A stretch of 64,000 nucleotides of DNA from Rikenellaceae bacterium (GTDB taxonomy: Bacteria; Bacteroidota; Bacteroidia; Bacteroidales; Rikenellaceae), in NCBI GenBank assembly GCA_047174275.1, contig JBCQUC010000004.1, forward strand, positions 337 to 64,336. Reading direction: 5' to 3'. The position numbers and the translations under genes were made by a program. The first letter of the stretch is position 1. Every line of letters starts with the position of its first letter. The notes below the pieces were generated by a model. That model searched no databases, had not been told where the DNA came from, and saw only the letters and a program-made list of their open reading frames with translations. This document shows positions 1 through 10,232 of this stretch, piece by piece.

Positions 1-18
1 AATTAAAATTATGTTTAT

Positions 19-819
19 ATGGTCGATAAATTTATAATGGCGGGTCAGACGGCTCTCCATATTTGTGATTCTGAGCATGGTGAGAGGTGCGTGGTGCTAC
101 TGCATGGCTATTTGGAGTCGATGTTGGTGTGGGATAGTTTTGTTCCACTTCTCTATAAAGATATGCGTGTAGTGACGCTCGATCTTCCAGGGCATGGAAT
201 CTCTGTTGTGGAGGGTGAGACCCACACTATGGAGTTCTTGGCGGATAGTGTCGCTGCTGGTCTGAAATCAATTGGGGTCAAGAGCTGCACAGTCGTTGGG
301 CACTCTATGGGCGGATATGTCGCACTCGCTTTTGCGGAGCGTCATGCTGATATGTTGGATGGTTTGGTGATGTTGAGCTCTACGCCATATGCCGATAGTG
401 AGCAGAAGCGTGAGGCTCGTGAGCGCGAAATAGCTCTGGTTCGAGCTGGACGCAAGGAGCTGTTGTCGAAGATTGCCCCTGCGGCAGGTTTCGCAGCGCA
501 GAATCGCCAGCGGATGAAGGAGCATATTGAGGATCTCTCGGAGCAGGTATATATCACAGAGGATGAGGGTGTTATAGCAATACTCAATGGAATGATGCAG
601 CGCAAGGATCAGAGCGAGATGCTTAGAGCGTTGAACCGACCTCAAACATTCATCTTTGGACTAAACGACGACTATATCTCAGTTGAAGTGGCTCAGAAGA
701 TAGCATCGGAGCAGCCTCAAGCTAGTATCGTATGGCTAGAAAATTCGGGTCATATGGGTTTTCTCGAAGAGCCCGAACCTACAGCTAAGGCTATTCGAGA
801 TATCGCATTAATGAGTTAA
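19..819 (+). CDS. Alpha/beta hydrolase
   Basis: HG oxyanion motif (LLHGY), GHSMGG nucleophile elbow, C-terminal SGHMG His. Confidence 0.85.
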   Translation: MVDKFIMAGQTALHICDSEHGERCVVLLHGYLESMLVWDSFVPLLYKDMRVVTLDLPGHGISVVEGETHTMEFLADSVAAGLKSIGVKSCTVVGHSMGGYVALAFAERHADMLDGLVMLSSTPYADSEQKREAREREIALVRAGRKELLSKIAPAAGFAAQNRQRMKEHIEDLSEQVYITEDEGVIAILNGMMQRKDQSEMLRALNRPQTFIFGLNDDYISVEVAQKIASEQPQASIVWLENSGHMGFLEEPEPTAKAIRDIALMS

Positions 820-948
820 ATCGACATTTATCTGTTCGCAAAGGGCAAAATGGTGGTAAGAGTCTTTTTAATTCGCAATATTTTAACTATTTTTGTCGCT
901 TATAAAATAAAATCGTAGGAGCAACTTAGCTCCCTTTAAAAAGAATCA

Positions 949-3900
949 ATGAAGTCATACAACACGTCATTTAACAGATGGAATACCCTGCTTGGTTGGG
1001 TGGTATTTGCAATCGCTGCGGTGGTCTACCTCCTGACTATGGAGCCATCATCGAGTTTGTGGGATTGTGGTGAGTTTATCGCAACCTCTTATAAGTTGGA
1101 GGTTGGACACCCTCCAGGAGCACCGCTATTTATGATTTTGGCTCGTATCGCGACTATGTTTGCTCCGTCGACATACTATGTGCCTCATGCGGTGAATGCT
1201 ATGAACTGCTTTGCGAGTGCCTTTACTATTCTGTTTCTGTTCTGGACTATCACCCACCTCGCTCGAAAGATGTTTACACGCGGTGGAGAGGAGTTTACTG
1301 AAGCTAATGGCTGGGCAGCATTGTCGGCTGGTATTATTGGAGCTTTGAGCTACACATTTACCGATACATTCTGGTATTCGGCAGTTGAGGGTGAGGTATA
1401 CGCGCTCTCGTCGATGTTTACAGCTTTGGTTGTCTGGTTGATGCTCCGTTGGGAGGATGAGTCGGATGAACCTCACGCTTTGAGGTGGATTATACTGATC
1501 GCCTATTTGATGGGACTCTCGATTGGTGTGCATATTCTTAATCTGTTGACAATTCCAGCATTGGTGTTTATCTACTACTTCCGTAGATACTCAAAGGTTA
1601 CACTCAAAGGGATCATTGGGGCAACGCTTATATCGGGTGCAATACTCATATTTATCAACGCTTTTGTGTTGTCGCAATCTATCTATTTTGGAGCGATGGT
1701 TGACCTCTTCTTTGTCAATACATTAAATCTTCCAGTGAACTCTGGAATGGTTCTCTACTCGCTGTTGTTGATCGGTGCTTTGGGCTACGCTAGCTACTAT
1801 ACACATCGCCATAGAATGGTTCTCGCAAATGTTATTCTACTGTCGTTGACAATGCTATTTGTTGGATACTCTTCATATGCGTCGGTCACTATTCGAGCGA
1901 TAGCAAACCCTCCGATGAATAGTAATCAACCCGATAATCCACACGCTCTGTTGTCGCTGTTGGGGCGCGATCAGTATGGTTCGAAGCCTGTGATATATGG
2001 TGCGTCGTATGCTGCTCCCGTTGAGGATTATGAGAAACGTGCGGTCTACACTCTGGAGGAGGATGGCAAATATGTTAAAAACGAATTGCTGTCGGGTTAT
2101 GTATATCCAAGTGAGTTTATGAAGCTATTCCCTCGTATGTGGGACTCAAGACGAGGTGAAGCGGGTTATAAACCGTGGGCAGCCTATAGAACCAAGATGG
2201 GTGCAGTGCTCGATGGCGATGGCAATATGGTGCGCGATGCAAATGGTCAGGTTATGATGCAGGAGCAGATGGAGTATGGTAAGGTGGTAAATTATAGAGG
2301 TGAGCAGATCGTTGAGCCGACCTTTGGTGAGAACCTTAACTACTTCTTTAACTACCAGCTGAACTATATGTTCTGGCGATATTTCTTGTGGAATTTCGTC
2401 GGTCGTCAGAGTGATATCCAAGCATCCAAGGTGACAATCTCGGATGGAAATTGGTTGTCGGGAGTTAAATTTATAGATGAGGCTTATCTAGGGCCACAAA
2501 GCAATCTACCTCGCGAAGTTGCCGAGAATAGGGGGCGTAACACCTACTATTTCCTACCATTTTTGTTGGGATTGTTGGGGCTTTTATGGCAACTCAATAG
2601 CGATCAGAAGCGATTCTCGATTGTTATGTGGCTGTTTATTATGATGGGTGTTGCTCTTGTAGTCTACTTTAACACCTCACCTTCGGAGCCTCGCGAGCGC
2701 GATTATGTCTTTGCGGGAGCATTTTATGCCTATTCGATCTGGATTGGCTTTGGAGTGTTGGCTCTGCGAGAGTTGATTGAGGTTGCGACAGGCAAAGGGG
2801 GGCGTGTAGCAATTACGGCTGCAACGCTTGTGTCATTGAGTGTGCCGACGATCTTGGCGTGCGAGAACTGGGATGACCACGATCGTTCGGGGCGTACCAT
2901 CGCGCGAGATATCGGGTGGAACTACCTTCAGTCGACACTTCCAAACTCGATTATCTTGAACTACGGAGATAACGATACATTCCCTTTGTGGTTTAATCAG
3001 GAGGTTGATGGAGTTCGCACCGATGTTAGAATCATGAATACTAGCTATCTGGGTGGAGATTGGTATATCGACCAGATGAAGACTTGGGCAAATGATGCAG
3101 CTCCAGTCCCATTCTCACTGCCACGCAGCAAATACTCATATGTGAATGATCTGATCCCGATTGATGCAAGGGTCTCTCGATCTGTGCCGATCAAGGAGGT
3201 GATGGATTTCATCAAAAATGATGACAAGCGTACACAGATACAACTATCGGATGGTTCGTATACAGATTATGTACCTACAAATAGAATAGCTCTGCCAGTA
3301 AATAGACAAAATGTCCTCGATTCGGGTGTTGTTAAGTTGGAGGATGCCGATAAGATGGTCGATACAATCTACTTCTCGCTGCCTGGTAATACTATCGACA
3401 AGTCGGAGATGATGATCCTCGATATGTTGGCTAACTTCAATTGGGAGCGTCCGATCTACTTCACGCAGGTCTATATCTTGCAGAATTTGGGACTTCTTGA
3501 TTATCTTCAATTCGATGGTTACGCATACCGTTTTGTGCCGATCCCAACGCCATTCAAATCGGTATGGGATATCGGACGTGTCGATCCAGATTACGCTGGT
3601 CCACTCTTGATGGATACATTCAGATTTGGAAATATGAACGATCCGAAGGTCTATGCCGACTATACAGTGCAGTATAATATCGGAGCATCGAAGGCTCGCG
3701 AAGGGTTTGCAAGGGTTGCGATGGCATATATCCAGAGAGGCGACACAGAGAAGGCGATCGAACTTCTGGATAAAGCACTCTATGAGTTGCCAACATGGCA
3801 GTTGAGATTTACAGATGCAAACACAGTGCCTCTAATAGAGGCGTACTACGCAGCTGGAGCACTAGATAAAGGTGACGCACTGCTCACAGAGTATGTCAAC

Positions 3901-4137
3901 AATCTTGTGGAGTATATCGAGTATTACATCACATTTGAGGGTGTGCAGGCAGATATAACAACGCCACTGCTTGACCAGAAACTCGATGAGTTGGAGCAGG
4001 TGTACTATACGGCAGCCTATGCTAAACGCCCAGAGGTATTGAAGTGGTTCAATGATTATTATCGCTCGTTGGGGGCATCCGAAGAGGAGCTTTTGCCAAT
4101 TGGTACAGATACACAGAACTCAGATTTAGGAATTTAA
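949..4137 (+). CDS. DUF2723/TMEM260-like polytopic membrane glycosyltransferase
   Basis: 1062 aa with many TM helices; WDCGEF, VGHPPGAPLF, AVEGEVY, PRERDY and GDNDTFPLW motifs typical of Bacteroidota DUF2723 proteins. Confidence 0.8.
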   Translation: MKSYNTSFNRWNTLLGWVVFAIAAVVYLLTMEPSSSLWDCGEFIATSYKLEVGHPPGAPLFMILARIATMFAPSTYYVPHAVNAMNCFASAFTILFLFWTITHLARKMFTRGGEEFTEANGWAALSAGIIGALSYTFTDTFWYSAVEGEVYALSSMFTALVVWLMLRWEDESDEPHALRWIILIAYLMGLSIGVHILNLLTIPALVFIYYFRRYSKVTLKGIIGATLISGAILIFINAFVLSQSIYFGAMVDLFFVNTLNLPVNSGMVLYSLLLIGALGYASYYTHRHRMVLANVILLSLTMLFVGYSSYASVTIRAIANPPMNSNQPDNPHALLSLLGRDQYGSKPVIYGASYAAPVEDYEKRAVYTLEEDGKYVKNELLSGYVYPSEFMKLFPRMWDSRRGEAGYKPWAAYRTKMGAVLDGDGNMVRDANGQVMMQEQMEYGKVVNYRGEQIVEPTFGENLNYFFNYQLNYMFWRYFLWNFVGRQSDIQASKVTISDGNWLSGVKFIDEAYLGPQSNLPREVAENRGRNTYYFLPFLLGLLGLLWQLNSDQKRFSIVMWLFIMMGVALVVYFNTSPSEPRERDYVFAGAFYAYSIWIGFGVLALRELIEVATGKGGRVAITAATLVSLSVPTILACENWDDHDRSGRTIARDIGWNYLQSTLPNSIILNYGDNDTFPLWFNQEVDGVRTDVRIMNTSYLGGDWYIDQMKTWANDAAPVPFSLPRSKYSYVNDLIPIDARVSRSVPIKEVMDFIKNDDKRTQIQLSDGSYTDYVPTNRIALPVNRQNVLDSGVVKLEDADKMVDTIYFSLPGNTIDKSEMMILDMLANFNWERPIYFTQVYILQNLGLLDYLQFDGYAYRFVPIPTPFKSVWDIGRVDPDYAGPLLMDTFRFGNMNDPKVYADYTVQYNIGASKAREGFARVAMAYIQRGDTEKAIELLDKALYELPTWQLRFTDANTVPLIEAYYAAGALDKGDALLTEYVNNLVEYIEYYITFEGVQADITTPLLDQKLDELEQVYYTAAYAKRPEVLKWFNDYYRSLGASEEELLPIGTDTQNSDLGI

Positions 4138-4302
4138 GGAGACTTCTAATAATTCCCCAAAATACTTTTCCGCTACTATTCACCCCTTTTGCTTTTAGTC
4201 AAAATCGGTGGTAGGGGTCACTACAACCCACTTTGCCTAAAAACAAAATGGATAAATATTAACGAAAAATTATAATCGGGGAATTATTAGAAGTCCCCTT
4301 AA
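4134..4302. mobile_element. Family 3 MITE, copy 1
   Basis: 21-bp TIRs GG(A/G)GACTTCTAATAATTCCCC at 4138-4158 and 4278-4298, TTAA on both flanks; interior is the reverse complement homologue of 10069-10228. Confidence 0.8.
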
Positions 4303-4316
4303 GAGACAATAAATAG

Positions 4317-5798
4317 ATGGATTCAAAACTTTTTTTATATAATACACTAACTCGCTCAAAGCAGGAGTTTGTACCTATCAATCCGCAACATGTAGGTCTA
4401 TATGTCTGTGGCCCAACAGTATATGGTGATCCACATTTGGGGCATGCTCGTCCAGCTGTCACATTCGATCTAATGTTTAGATACCTAAAGGCGATAGGAT
4501 ATAAAGTGCGTTATGTTCGAAACATTACAGATGTCGGACACTTGGAGCATGATGCAGATGAGGGAGAGGACAAAATAGCAAAGAAGGCTCGCCTTGAGAG
4601 GTTAGAGCCAATGGAGGTTGCTCAATACTACACCAATCGATATCGTTCGGCTATGGAGCAGTTGGGAGTGTTGCCTCCATCGATCGAGCCACAGGCATCG
4701 GGACACATCATCGAGCAGATCGAGTTTGTCAAGATGATCTTCGATAAGGGGTTTGCCTATGAGTCGAATGGTTCGATCTACTTCGATGTTATGAAGTATA
4801 ATGAGGTCTATAATTATGGTAAATTGTCGGGTCGTAACCTCGATGATATCCAGACTAATACCCGTTCGTTGGATGGTCAGAGTGACAAAAGATCATCAGT
4901 AGATTTTGCGCTCTGGAAAAAGGCATCACCAGAGCATATCATGCGTTGGCCTTCACCTTGGGGCGATGGTTTCCCGGGGTGGCATATGGAGTGTTCGGCT
5001 ATGAGCACAAAGTATCTTGGAGAGCAGTTTGATATCCATGGTGGTGGTATGGATCTTATGTTCCCACACCATGAGTGTGAGATTGCGCAATCTACAGCGG
5101 CTCTAGGACACGATTCGGCTCACTATTGGGTGCACAATAATATGATAACTATCAATGGTCAGAAGATGGGTAAATCGTTGGGTAACTTTATCACGCTAGA
5201 AGAATTATTTGGAGGCACACACGAACTTTTGGAGCAGGCATACTCTCCGATGACTATCCGTTTCTTTGTGCTTCAGGCTCAATATCGTTCGACGCTTGAC
5301 TTCTCGAATGAGGCGTTGCAGGCGGCAGAGAAGGGGCTTGATCGTTTGATGAAGGGTGTTGATGCACTCTCGAAGATCAAGACATCGGCAGAGTCTACAG
5401 TGAACCCAGAGGAGTTGGCTCAGCGTTGCGAGGCGGCAATGAACGACGATTTGAACTCTCCAATGGTGATCTCGGCACTCTTTGATTGGGTGCGTATCAT
5501 CAACCAATTGGTGGATGGTGCTCAGAAGATCACGGAGGCGGATTTGGATCGTTTGAAGCAGATCGTAAATATGTATGTCGTTGATGTCTTGGGGCTTCGC
5601 GATGAGAAGGCGGCTGGTAGCTCGGTCGGTGGTGCACGTGACTATACAACGCCATTAGTCGAGATGTTACTTGAGATGCGAGCTTCGGCTAAGGCGAATA
5701 AGGAGTGGGCGATGTCGGACAAGATCCGTGATGGTCTCACTGCGGCTGGTATTCGAGTGAAGGATCGCAAGGATGGCGTAGATTGGGAGTTGGAGTAG
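4317..5798 (+). CDS. cysS: Cysteinyl-tRNA synthetase
   Basis: CGPTVY, HLGH (HIGH), PGWHMEC, DIHGGG, HHECE and KMGKS motifs. Confidence 0.97.
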   Translation: MDSKLFLYNTLTRSKQEFVPINPQHVGLYVCGPTVYGDPHLGHARPAVTFDLMFRYLKAIGYKVRYVRNITDVGHLEHDADEGEDKIAKKARLERLEPMEVAQYYTNRYRSAMEQLGVLPPSIEPQASGHIIEQIEFVKMIFDKGFAYESNGSIYFDVMKYNEVYNYGKLSGRNLDDIQTNTRSLDGQSDKRSSVDFALWKKASPEHIMRWPSPWGDGFPGWHMECSAMSTKYLGEQFDIHGGGMDLMFPHHECEIAQSTAALGHDSAHYWVHNNMITINGQKMGKSLGNFITLEELFGGTHELLEQAYSPMTIRFFVLQAQYRSTLDFSNEALQAAEKGLDRLMKGVDALSKIKTSAESTVNPEELAQRCEAAMNDDLNSPMVISALFDWVRIINQLVDGAQKITEADLDRLKQIVNMYVVDVLGLRDEKAAGSSVGGARDYTTPLVEMLLEMRASAKANKEWAMSDKIRDGLTAAGIRVKDRKDGVDWELE

Positions 5799-6908
5799 AT
5801 GGTTACATCGGAGCAGATAAAGGGTGTTGAGGAGCGCAGGGAGACTCTCTGTCGCTGCCTCGATATTGAGGGTAAGCGAATAGAGCTCCAAAATGAGGAG
5901 GAGCGTACTCAAGAGCCAAATTTTTGGGATGATGCTGAGCTAGCACGCAAACAGCTTCAAAAGGTCGCGGCGATTAAATCGTGGATCGAGGATTATGATA
6001 ATGTGGCTAAAGGCGTTGAGGATCTGAGTCTTATGCCCGAATTTGTCGCAGCAGAACTCTCCAGCGAGGAGGAGTTTGATGCTCTTTATGGGGCTGTTTT
6101 GGAGATGGTCGAGGCTCTGGAGCTGAGAAATATGTTGCGTCGAGAGGAGGATCGATTGGGCGCGATCATAGATATCAATGCAGGAGCAGGAGGCACGGAG
6201 GCACTCGATTGGGCTTCGATGTTGGTGAGAATGTATACACGTTGGGGCGAAGCGCATGGTTTTAAGGTTAAGGTTCTAGACTATCAAGCTGGTGATGAGG
6301 TGGGTGTCAAATCTGCAACGTTGGAGTTTGAGGGTGAGTACGCCTATGGCTATATGAAGTCTGAGAGTGGGGTGCATCGAATGGTGAGACTCTCACCCTT
6401 TAATGCAAATAATAAACGTCAGACAACCTTTGCCTCGATGTTTGTATCTCCATCGGTTGATGATAATATCGAAGTGGTTGTAAATCCATCTGATATCGAG
6501 TGGGATACCTATCGTGCGAGTGGAGCCGGTGGGCAGAATGTCAATAAAGTTGAGACCGCCGTTAGACTTCGTTACCATGCGAAAGATCCAGATACAGGGG
6601 AGTCGATCGACTTTTTGATCGAGAATATGGAGACTCGTTCGCAGTTGATGAACCGCGAAAATGCGATGCGCATCCTAAAATCGAAGCTCTACCAAAGGGA
6701 GCTAGACAAGAGAATGGCAACTCAACAGGCACTCGAAGCGACGAAGAAACGTATTGAGTGGGGCTCTCAAATTCGAAGTTACGTCTTTGATGATAGACGC
6801 GTCAAAGATCATAGAACAGGTTGGCAAACATCAGATGTTGAGCGAGTTATGGATGGAGATCTCGATCCATTTATTAAGGCATATCTTATGGAGTTTGGGG
6901 CTCAGTAG
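5799..6908 (+). CDS. prfB: Peptide chain release factor 2 (continuous ORF, no programmed frameshift)
   Basis: SPF stop-recognition motif (RLSPF), GAGGQ, IEWGSQIRSY. Confidence 0.95.
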   Translation: MVTSEQIKGVEERRETLCRCLDIEGKRIELQNEEERTQEPNFWDDAELARKQLQKVAAIKSWIEDYDNVAKGVEDLSLMPEFVAAELSSEEEFDALYGAVLEMVEALELRNMLRREEDRLGAIIDINAGAGGTEALDWASMLVRMYTRWGEAHGFKVKVLDYQAGDEVGVKSATLEFEGEYAYGYMKSESGVHRMVRLSPFNANNKRQTTFASMFVSPSVDDNIEVVVNPSDIEWDTYRASGAGGQNVNKVETAVRLRYHAKDPDTGESIDFLIENMETRSQLMNRENAMRILKSKLYQRELDKRMATQQALEATKKRIEWGSQIRSYVFDDRRVKDHRTGWQTSDVERVMDGDLDPFIKAYLMEFGAQ

Positions 6909-6974
6909 AGTCGCTGAGTCTACGTAGTAGGTAAAATATCATCCATTATTGTTTTATTTCATAAAATAAATCCG

Positions 6975-6982
6975 TAACTTTG
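6975..6982 (+). promoter_or_regulatory. Bacteroidota housekeeping -7 promoter element for nifA
   Basis: TAACTTTG matches the TAnnTTTG consensus, about 95 bp upstream of nifA. Confidence 0.55.
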
Positions 6983-7074
6983 CAATAGCGTAATGTTGTT
7001 ATTGTGAGGGCTCTATTCGCTTGTTCGTCTTTGACAACTATTACTATTATGTGTTGGCTTGTAAATGTGAATGA

Positions 7075-8640
7075 ATGATGGAGAGATTTTGTAGTAATGG
7101 AGAGGGAGGTTGTGTTAAAGTTCGAGAGTTGGATATACTCCTCGAAATAACCTCCATGTTGAGCAGCAAGGATATTGATCTAAATGCTGTGATTAATCTA
7201 TTAGCCGAACATTTGGACGTATATCGGCTTTTTCTAACTATCCTCAATCGAGAGAGTCAAAATATTCTAATTGAGGGTGCTTATGGACTATCCGATGCAG
7301 AGAAACGTGATGGAGTCTACCATATTGGGGAGGGTATCATCGGAAAGGTAATTGCAACTGGAGAGCCATATATGATCCCTAACGTTGCGGAGTCTGCGGA
7401 GTTTCTGAACCGCACGAAAGCACCTCTTAACAGTAAAGGTAATTACACCTCATTTATATGTATTCCCGTTAAATATAAGGGCGAAGTGGTTGGTACACTG
7501 AGCTTTCATAAATTGGTTGAGCAGACAAATGTCATGTTTGACGATGAGATGCGATTGCTGCATATTGTCGCAGGTATGGTTGGTCGAACAGTTCGTCGTC
7601 GACAGGAGTACTTCGAGGAGATGGAGAAGCTCAAACGAGAGAATAGTCGTCTACGTAACAATATAATCAGTTATACAACTCAACCAGACAACATTAAAGG
7701 AAAGTCAGGCAAGATGAGTGAGGTCTTCTCGCTTATTGAGAGTGTTGCGGCGACCGATGCAACGGTGATTATTCGCGGTGAGAGTGGTGTGGGAAAGGAG
7801 TTGGTTGCGGATGCAATCCATAGCGGTAGTGTGCGTCGAGACAAACCGTTTATTAAGGTCAATTGTGCGGCACTTCCCGATAGCCTCATTGAGAGTGAGA
7901 TCTTTGGACACGAGAAGGGTGCATTTACAGGTGCTACTCAGCGACATATTGGTCGTTTTGAGGCGGCAAATGGTGGTACAATATTTCTCGATGAGTTGGG
8001 CGATGTTCCAGCATCGACTCAGATCAAACTTCTTCGAGTGCTTCAAGAGCGTGAAATTCAGAGGTTGGGAAGCTCAGAGACTATAAAGGTCGATGTTCGA
8101 GTGATCTGCGCAACCAATAGAAATCTGGAGAAGATGATCGCCGATGGTGAGTTTCGAGAGGATCTATACTATCGACTCAATGTGTTTCCTATCTATATTC
8201 CACCCCTTCGAGAGAGAATCAACGATATCCCTGTTCTTGTTGACCACTTTATCGAGAAGTTCAACAATAGATACAATCGAAAAGTTAAGCGCATAACATC
8301 AATGGCGATTGATACCTTGATTATGTATAATTGGCCTGGAAATATCCGAGAGTTGGAGAACTGTATGGAGCGAGCCTATATTCTTAGTCAAGAGGGTGTT
8401 ATCAGAGTCCACAATCTTCCGCCAACACTTCAAACGGCAGCTTCGTCTCAGACCGCAGCAAAGGGTAGCCTAGGTATAATAATGGGTAATCTGGAGAAGC
8501 AGGTGATCGTCGATGCCCTTATATCGACCAAAGGAAATATCGCAAAGGCGGCAGAGTCGCTATCTATAACAGAGAGAATTATGGGTCTTAGGATCTCGAA
8601 ATATGAGATCGATCCGAAACGCTATAAACCACAAAAATAG
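7075..8640 (+). CDS. nifA: NifA-type sigma54 enhancer-binding protein (GAF-AAA+-HTH)
   Basis: N-terminal [11 protein letters not shown] Walker A, GAFTGA loop, [21 protein letters not shown]-terminal HTH; nif context. The start may be 7078. Confidence 0.9.
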   Translation: MMERFCSNGEGGCVKVRELDILLEITSMLSSKDIDLNAVINLLAEHLDVYRLFLTILNRESQNILIEGAYGLSDAEKRDGVYHIGEGIIGKVIATGEPYMIPNVAESAEFLNRTKAPLNSKGNYTSFICIPVKYKGEVVGTLSFHKLVEQTNVMFDDEMRLLHIVAGMVGRTVRRRQEYFEEMEKLKRENSRLRNNIISYTTQPDNIKGKSGKMSEVFSLIESVAATDATVIIRGESGVGKELVADAIHSGSVRRDKPFIKVNCAALPDSLIESEIFGHEKGAFTGATQRHIGRFEAANGGTIFLDELGDVPASTQIKLLRVLQEREIQRLGSSETIKVDVRVICATNRNLEKMIADGEFREDLYYRLNVFPIYIPPLRERINDIPVLVDHFIEKFNNRYNRKVKRITSMAIDTLIMYNWPGNIRELENCMERAYILSQEGVIRVHNLPPTLQTAASSQTAAKGSLGIIMGNLEKQVIVDALISTKGNIAKAAESLSITERIMGLRISKYEIDPKRYKPQK

Positions 8641-8645
8641 AGATA

Positions 8646-9116
8646 ATGGAACTTACATTTGAGATATGTGACTACTCAAATCCAGCACATTTGACCGCTG
8701 TAGCGGATCTTTTGCAGGGATATATGGCCGACCCGATGGGGGAGCATCGACCACACAATAAATTGGAGCAACTTCGGTTGGTTGATGGTTTGGCTAACCA
8801 TCCAGCTTCATTCGTACTTCTTGCTTGTGTCGAGGATCAAGCTATAGGATTTGCAACCTGTTTCGAACTATTCTCGACATTTGAGATTAAGCCATTCATA
8901 AATATCCACGATTTTTTCGTCTTGCCTTCCTATAGGGGGCATGGTATCGGACGTGCAATGTTGGAACATATCTCGGAGATTGCAGTCGAGAAAAAGTGTT
9001 GCAAGGTCTCTTTGGAGGTGCGTACAGACAATGCGGTGGCGCAGGGACTATACCGAAGTGTAGGGTTTGGCGAGGCAAATCCCGATATGTTGTTTTGGGT
9101 GAAAACCTTTTATTAG
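8646..9116 (+). CDS. GNAT-family N-acetyltransferase
   Basis: Acetyl-CoA motif A (V-LPSYRGHGIGRAML) and NAVAQGLYRSVGF; 5 bp after the nifA stop. Confidence 0.88.
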   Translation: MELTFEICDYSNPAHLTAVADLLQGYMADPMGEHRPHNKLEQLRLVDGLANHPASFVLLACVEDQAIGFATCFELFSTFEIKPFINIHDFFVLPSYRGHGIGRAMLEHISEIAVEKKCCKVSLEVRTDNAVAQGLYRSVGFGEANPDMLFWVKTFY

Positions 9117-9413
9117 TGTTCGATAAAAATCCAACAAACCTTTGTAATGCACTGTAATATAACAGATTGTATGCGTTTGTAAAATCAGGGACTTGCTTTT
9201 GCGAATAGTCCCATTTGAGATACGAAATTGAAAATTTCGTCATCCTGAACTTGTTTCAGGATCTCAGCAAATGACAATGTAGTCACAGTAGTGTGTTAAT
9301 AAACAATAGTTTAGTAAATGGTGTAGGGATCCTGAAACAAGTTCAGGATGACGAAATTTTCAATTTCGTATCTCACGTATGACTTGCTAGAAACGTTTTA
9401 TCAGACACTAATA
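9111..9413. mobile_element. Family 1 nested REP-doublet element, copy A
   Basis: Outer TIR TTAGTGT(C/T)(C/T)GATAAAA with TA flanks; inverted REPs GTCATCCTGAACTTGTTTCAGGATC(T/C)C around a 60-nt spacer (9266-9325). Confidence 0.85.
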
Positions 9414-9430
9414 AAAAAACTTTAGAGGAT

Positions 9431-9670
9431 ATGAGTATTCAGAATGCAATAAATTTCTTGGCACGAGTTCAATCAGATGATGATTATAGACAATCGTGCT
9501 ACAAATTTCGAACGAAACAAGACCTCATGGAATATATACAGCAGGAGGGCTATAGCTTTTCGGATGGGGAGTTTGAAAATGCTATAAACCATCTCCTGCT
9601 GCGATGCTCAGATGCGTCACAGGGGTACGAAGTGCACCACCTGCAAAGCTGGTTTAGTCTGTTTCAGTAG
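9431..9670 (+). CDS. Nif11-like small protein
   Basis: MSIQNAINFLARVQSDDDYRQ...QEGYSFS-E resembles the Nif11 pattern (MS...FL..V..D..LR...GY.FT.EE); AGAGGA ribosome-binding site. Confidence 0.7.
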   Translation: MSIQNAINFLARVQSDDDYRQSCYKFRTKQDLMEYIQQEGYSFSDGEFENAINHLLLRCSDASQGYEVHHLQSWFSLFQ

Positions 9671-10061
9671 CCGATTTTAGTCGTTCGGTTACCAAATCTT
9701 TTAGTTCATTTAGACCCTCGATCATCCTATCAATTTGTGGATTGTCGGGGGTTCTGTATCCAAAGTCATCAATCGAGCAGATACCTTCGAACGAGCCTAC
9801 CAAGACAGCTGTCTTTCTAAGGCTGAGGCTCAAATCTGGCTCGAAATCGTTCACTTCGCGATAGAGCATAAGCGGAAGATGACTCGTTGCAATTGAGTCG
9901 TGGTGCGCCAACCATGCTATCATAAACTTCTCGAAACATATTGCTATCATATTGTATAGCAGATCGTTGTCGAATTTGCGATTCGGATTGCTAAATGATG
10001 ATGTTATTGTGTTGAGGTAACTATTAGCAAAGTCATAGTTATCTTTGGCTAACTCTTTCAT
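9654..10061 (-). CDS. Hypothetical protein with possible HEPN-like fold
   Basis: 135 aa, helical; ICFEKFMIAWL and TSHLPLML resemble the HEPN 'EK.LKA.L' and 'THDL..L' motifs. Confidence 0.6.
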   Translation of the reverse strand: MKELAKDNYDFANSYLNTITSSFSNPNRKFDNDLLYNMIAICFEKFMIAWLAHHDSIATSHLPLMLYREVNDFEPDLSLSLRKTAVLVGSFEGICSIDDFGYRTPDNPQIDRMIEGLNELKDLVTERLKSATETD

Positions 10062-10064
10062 AGT

Positions 10065-10232
10065 TATAGGGGAGTTCTAATAATTCCCTAATTTTAATTT
10101 TTAGTTAATAATTGCCCATTTTTGATTTTGCAAAAGTGGGTTGTAGTGGCTCTACCACCGATTTTTGAAAAATCGAAAAGGGGTGGTTAGTAACTGAAGG
10201 GTATTTTAGGGAATTATTAGAACTCCCCTATA
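10065..10232. mobile_element. Family 3 MITE, copy 2
   Basis: TIRs GGGGAGTTCTAATAATTCCC at both ends (element 10069-10228), TATA on both flanks. Confidence 0.8.

Noticed and set aside
9266-9325. Transition-rich spacers as diversity-generating retroelement variable regions
   Set aside because: Changes include C/T as well as A/G in both directions, the spacers are non-coding, and no reverse transcriptase is present
9431-9670. Nif11 leader as a RiPP biosynthetic cluster
   Set aside because: No core peptide, GG site, LanM, YcaO, RiPP radical SAM or peptidase-ABC transporter nearby; NifB is the only radical SAM enzyme
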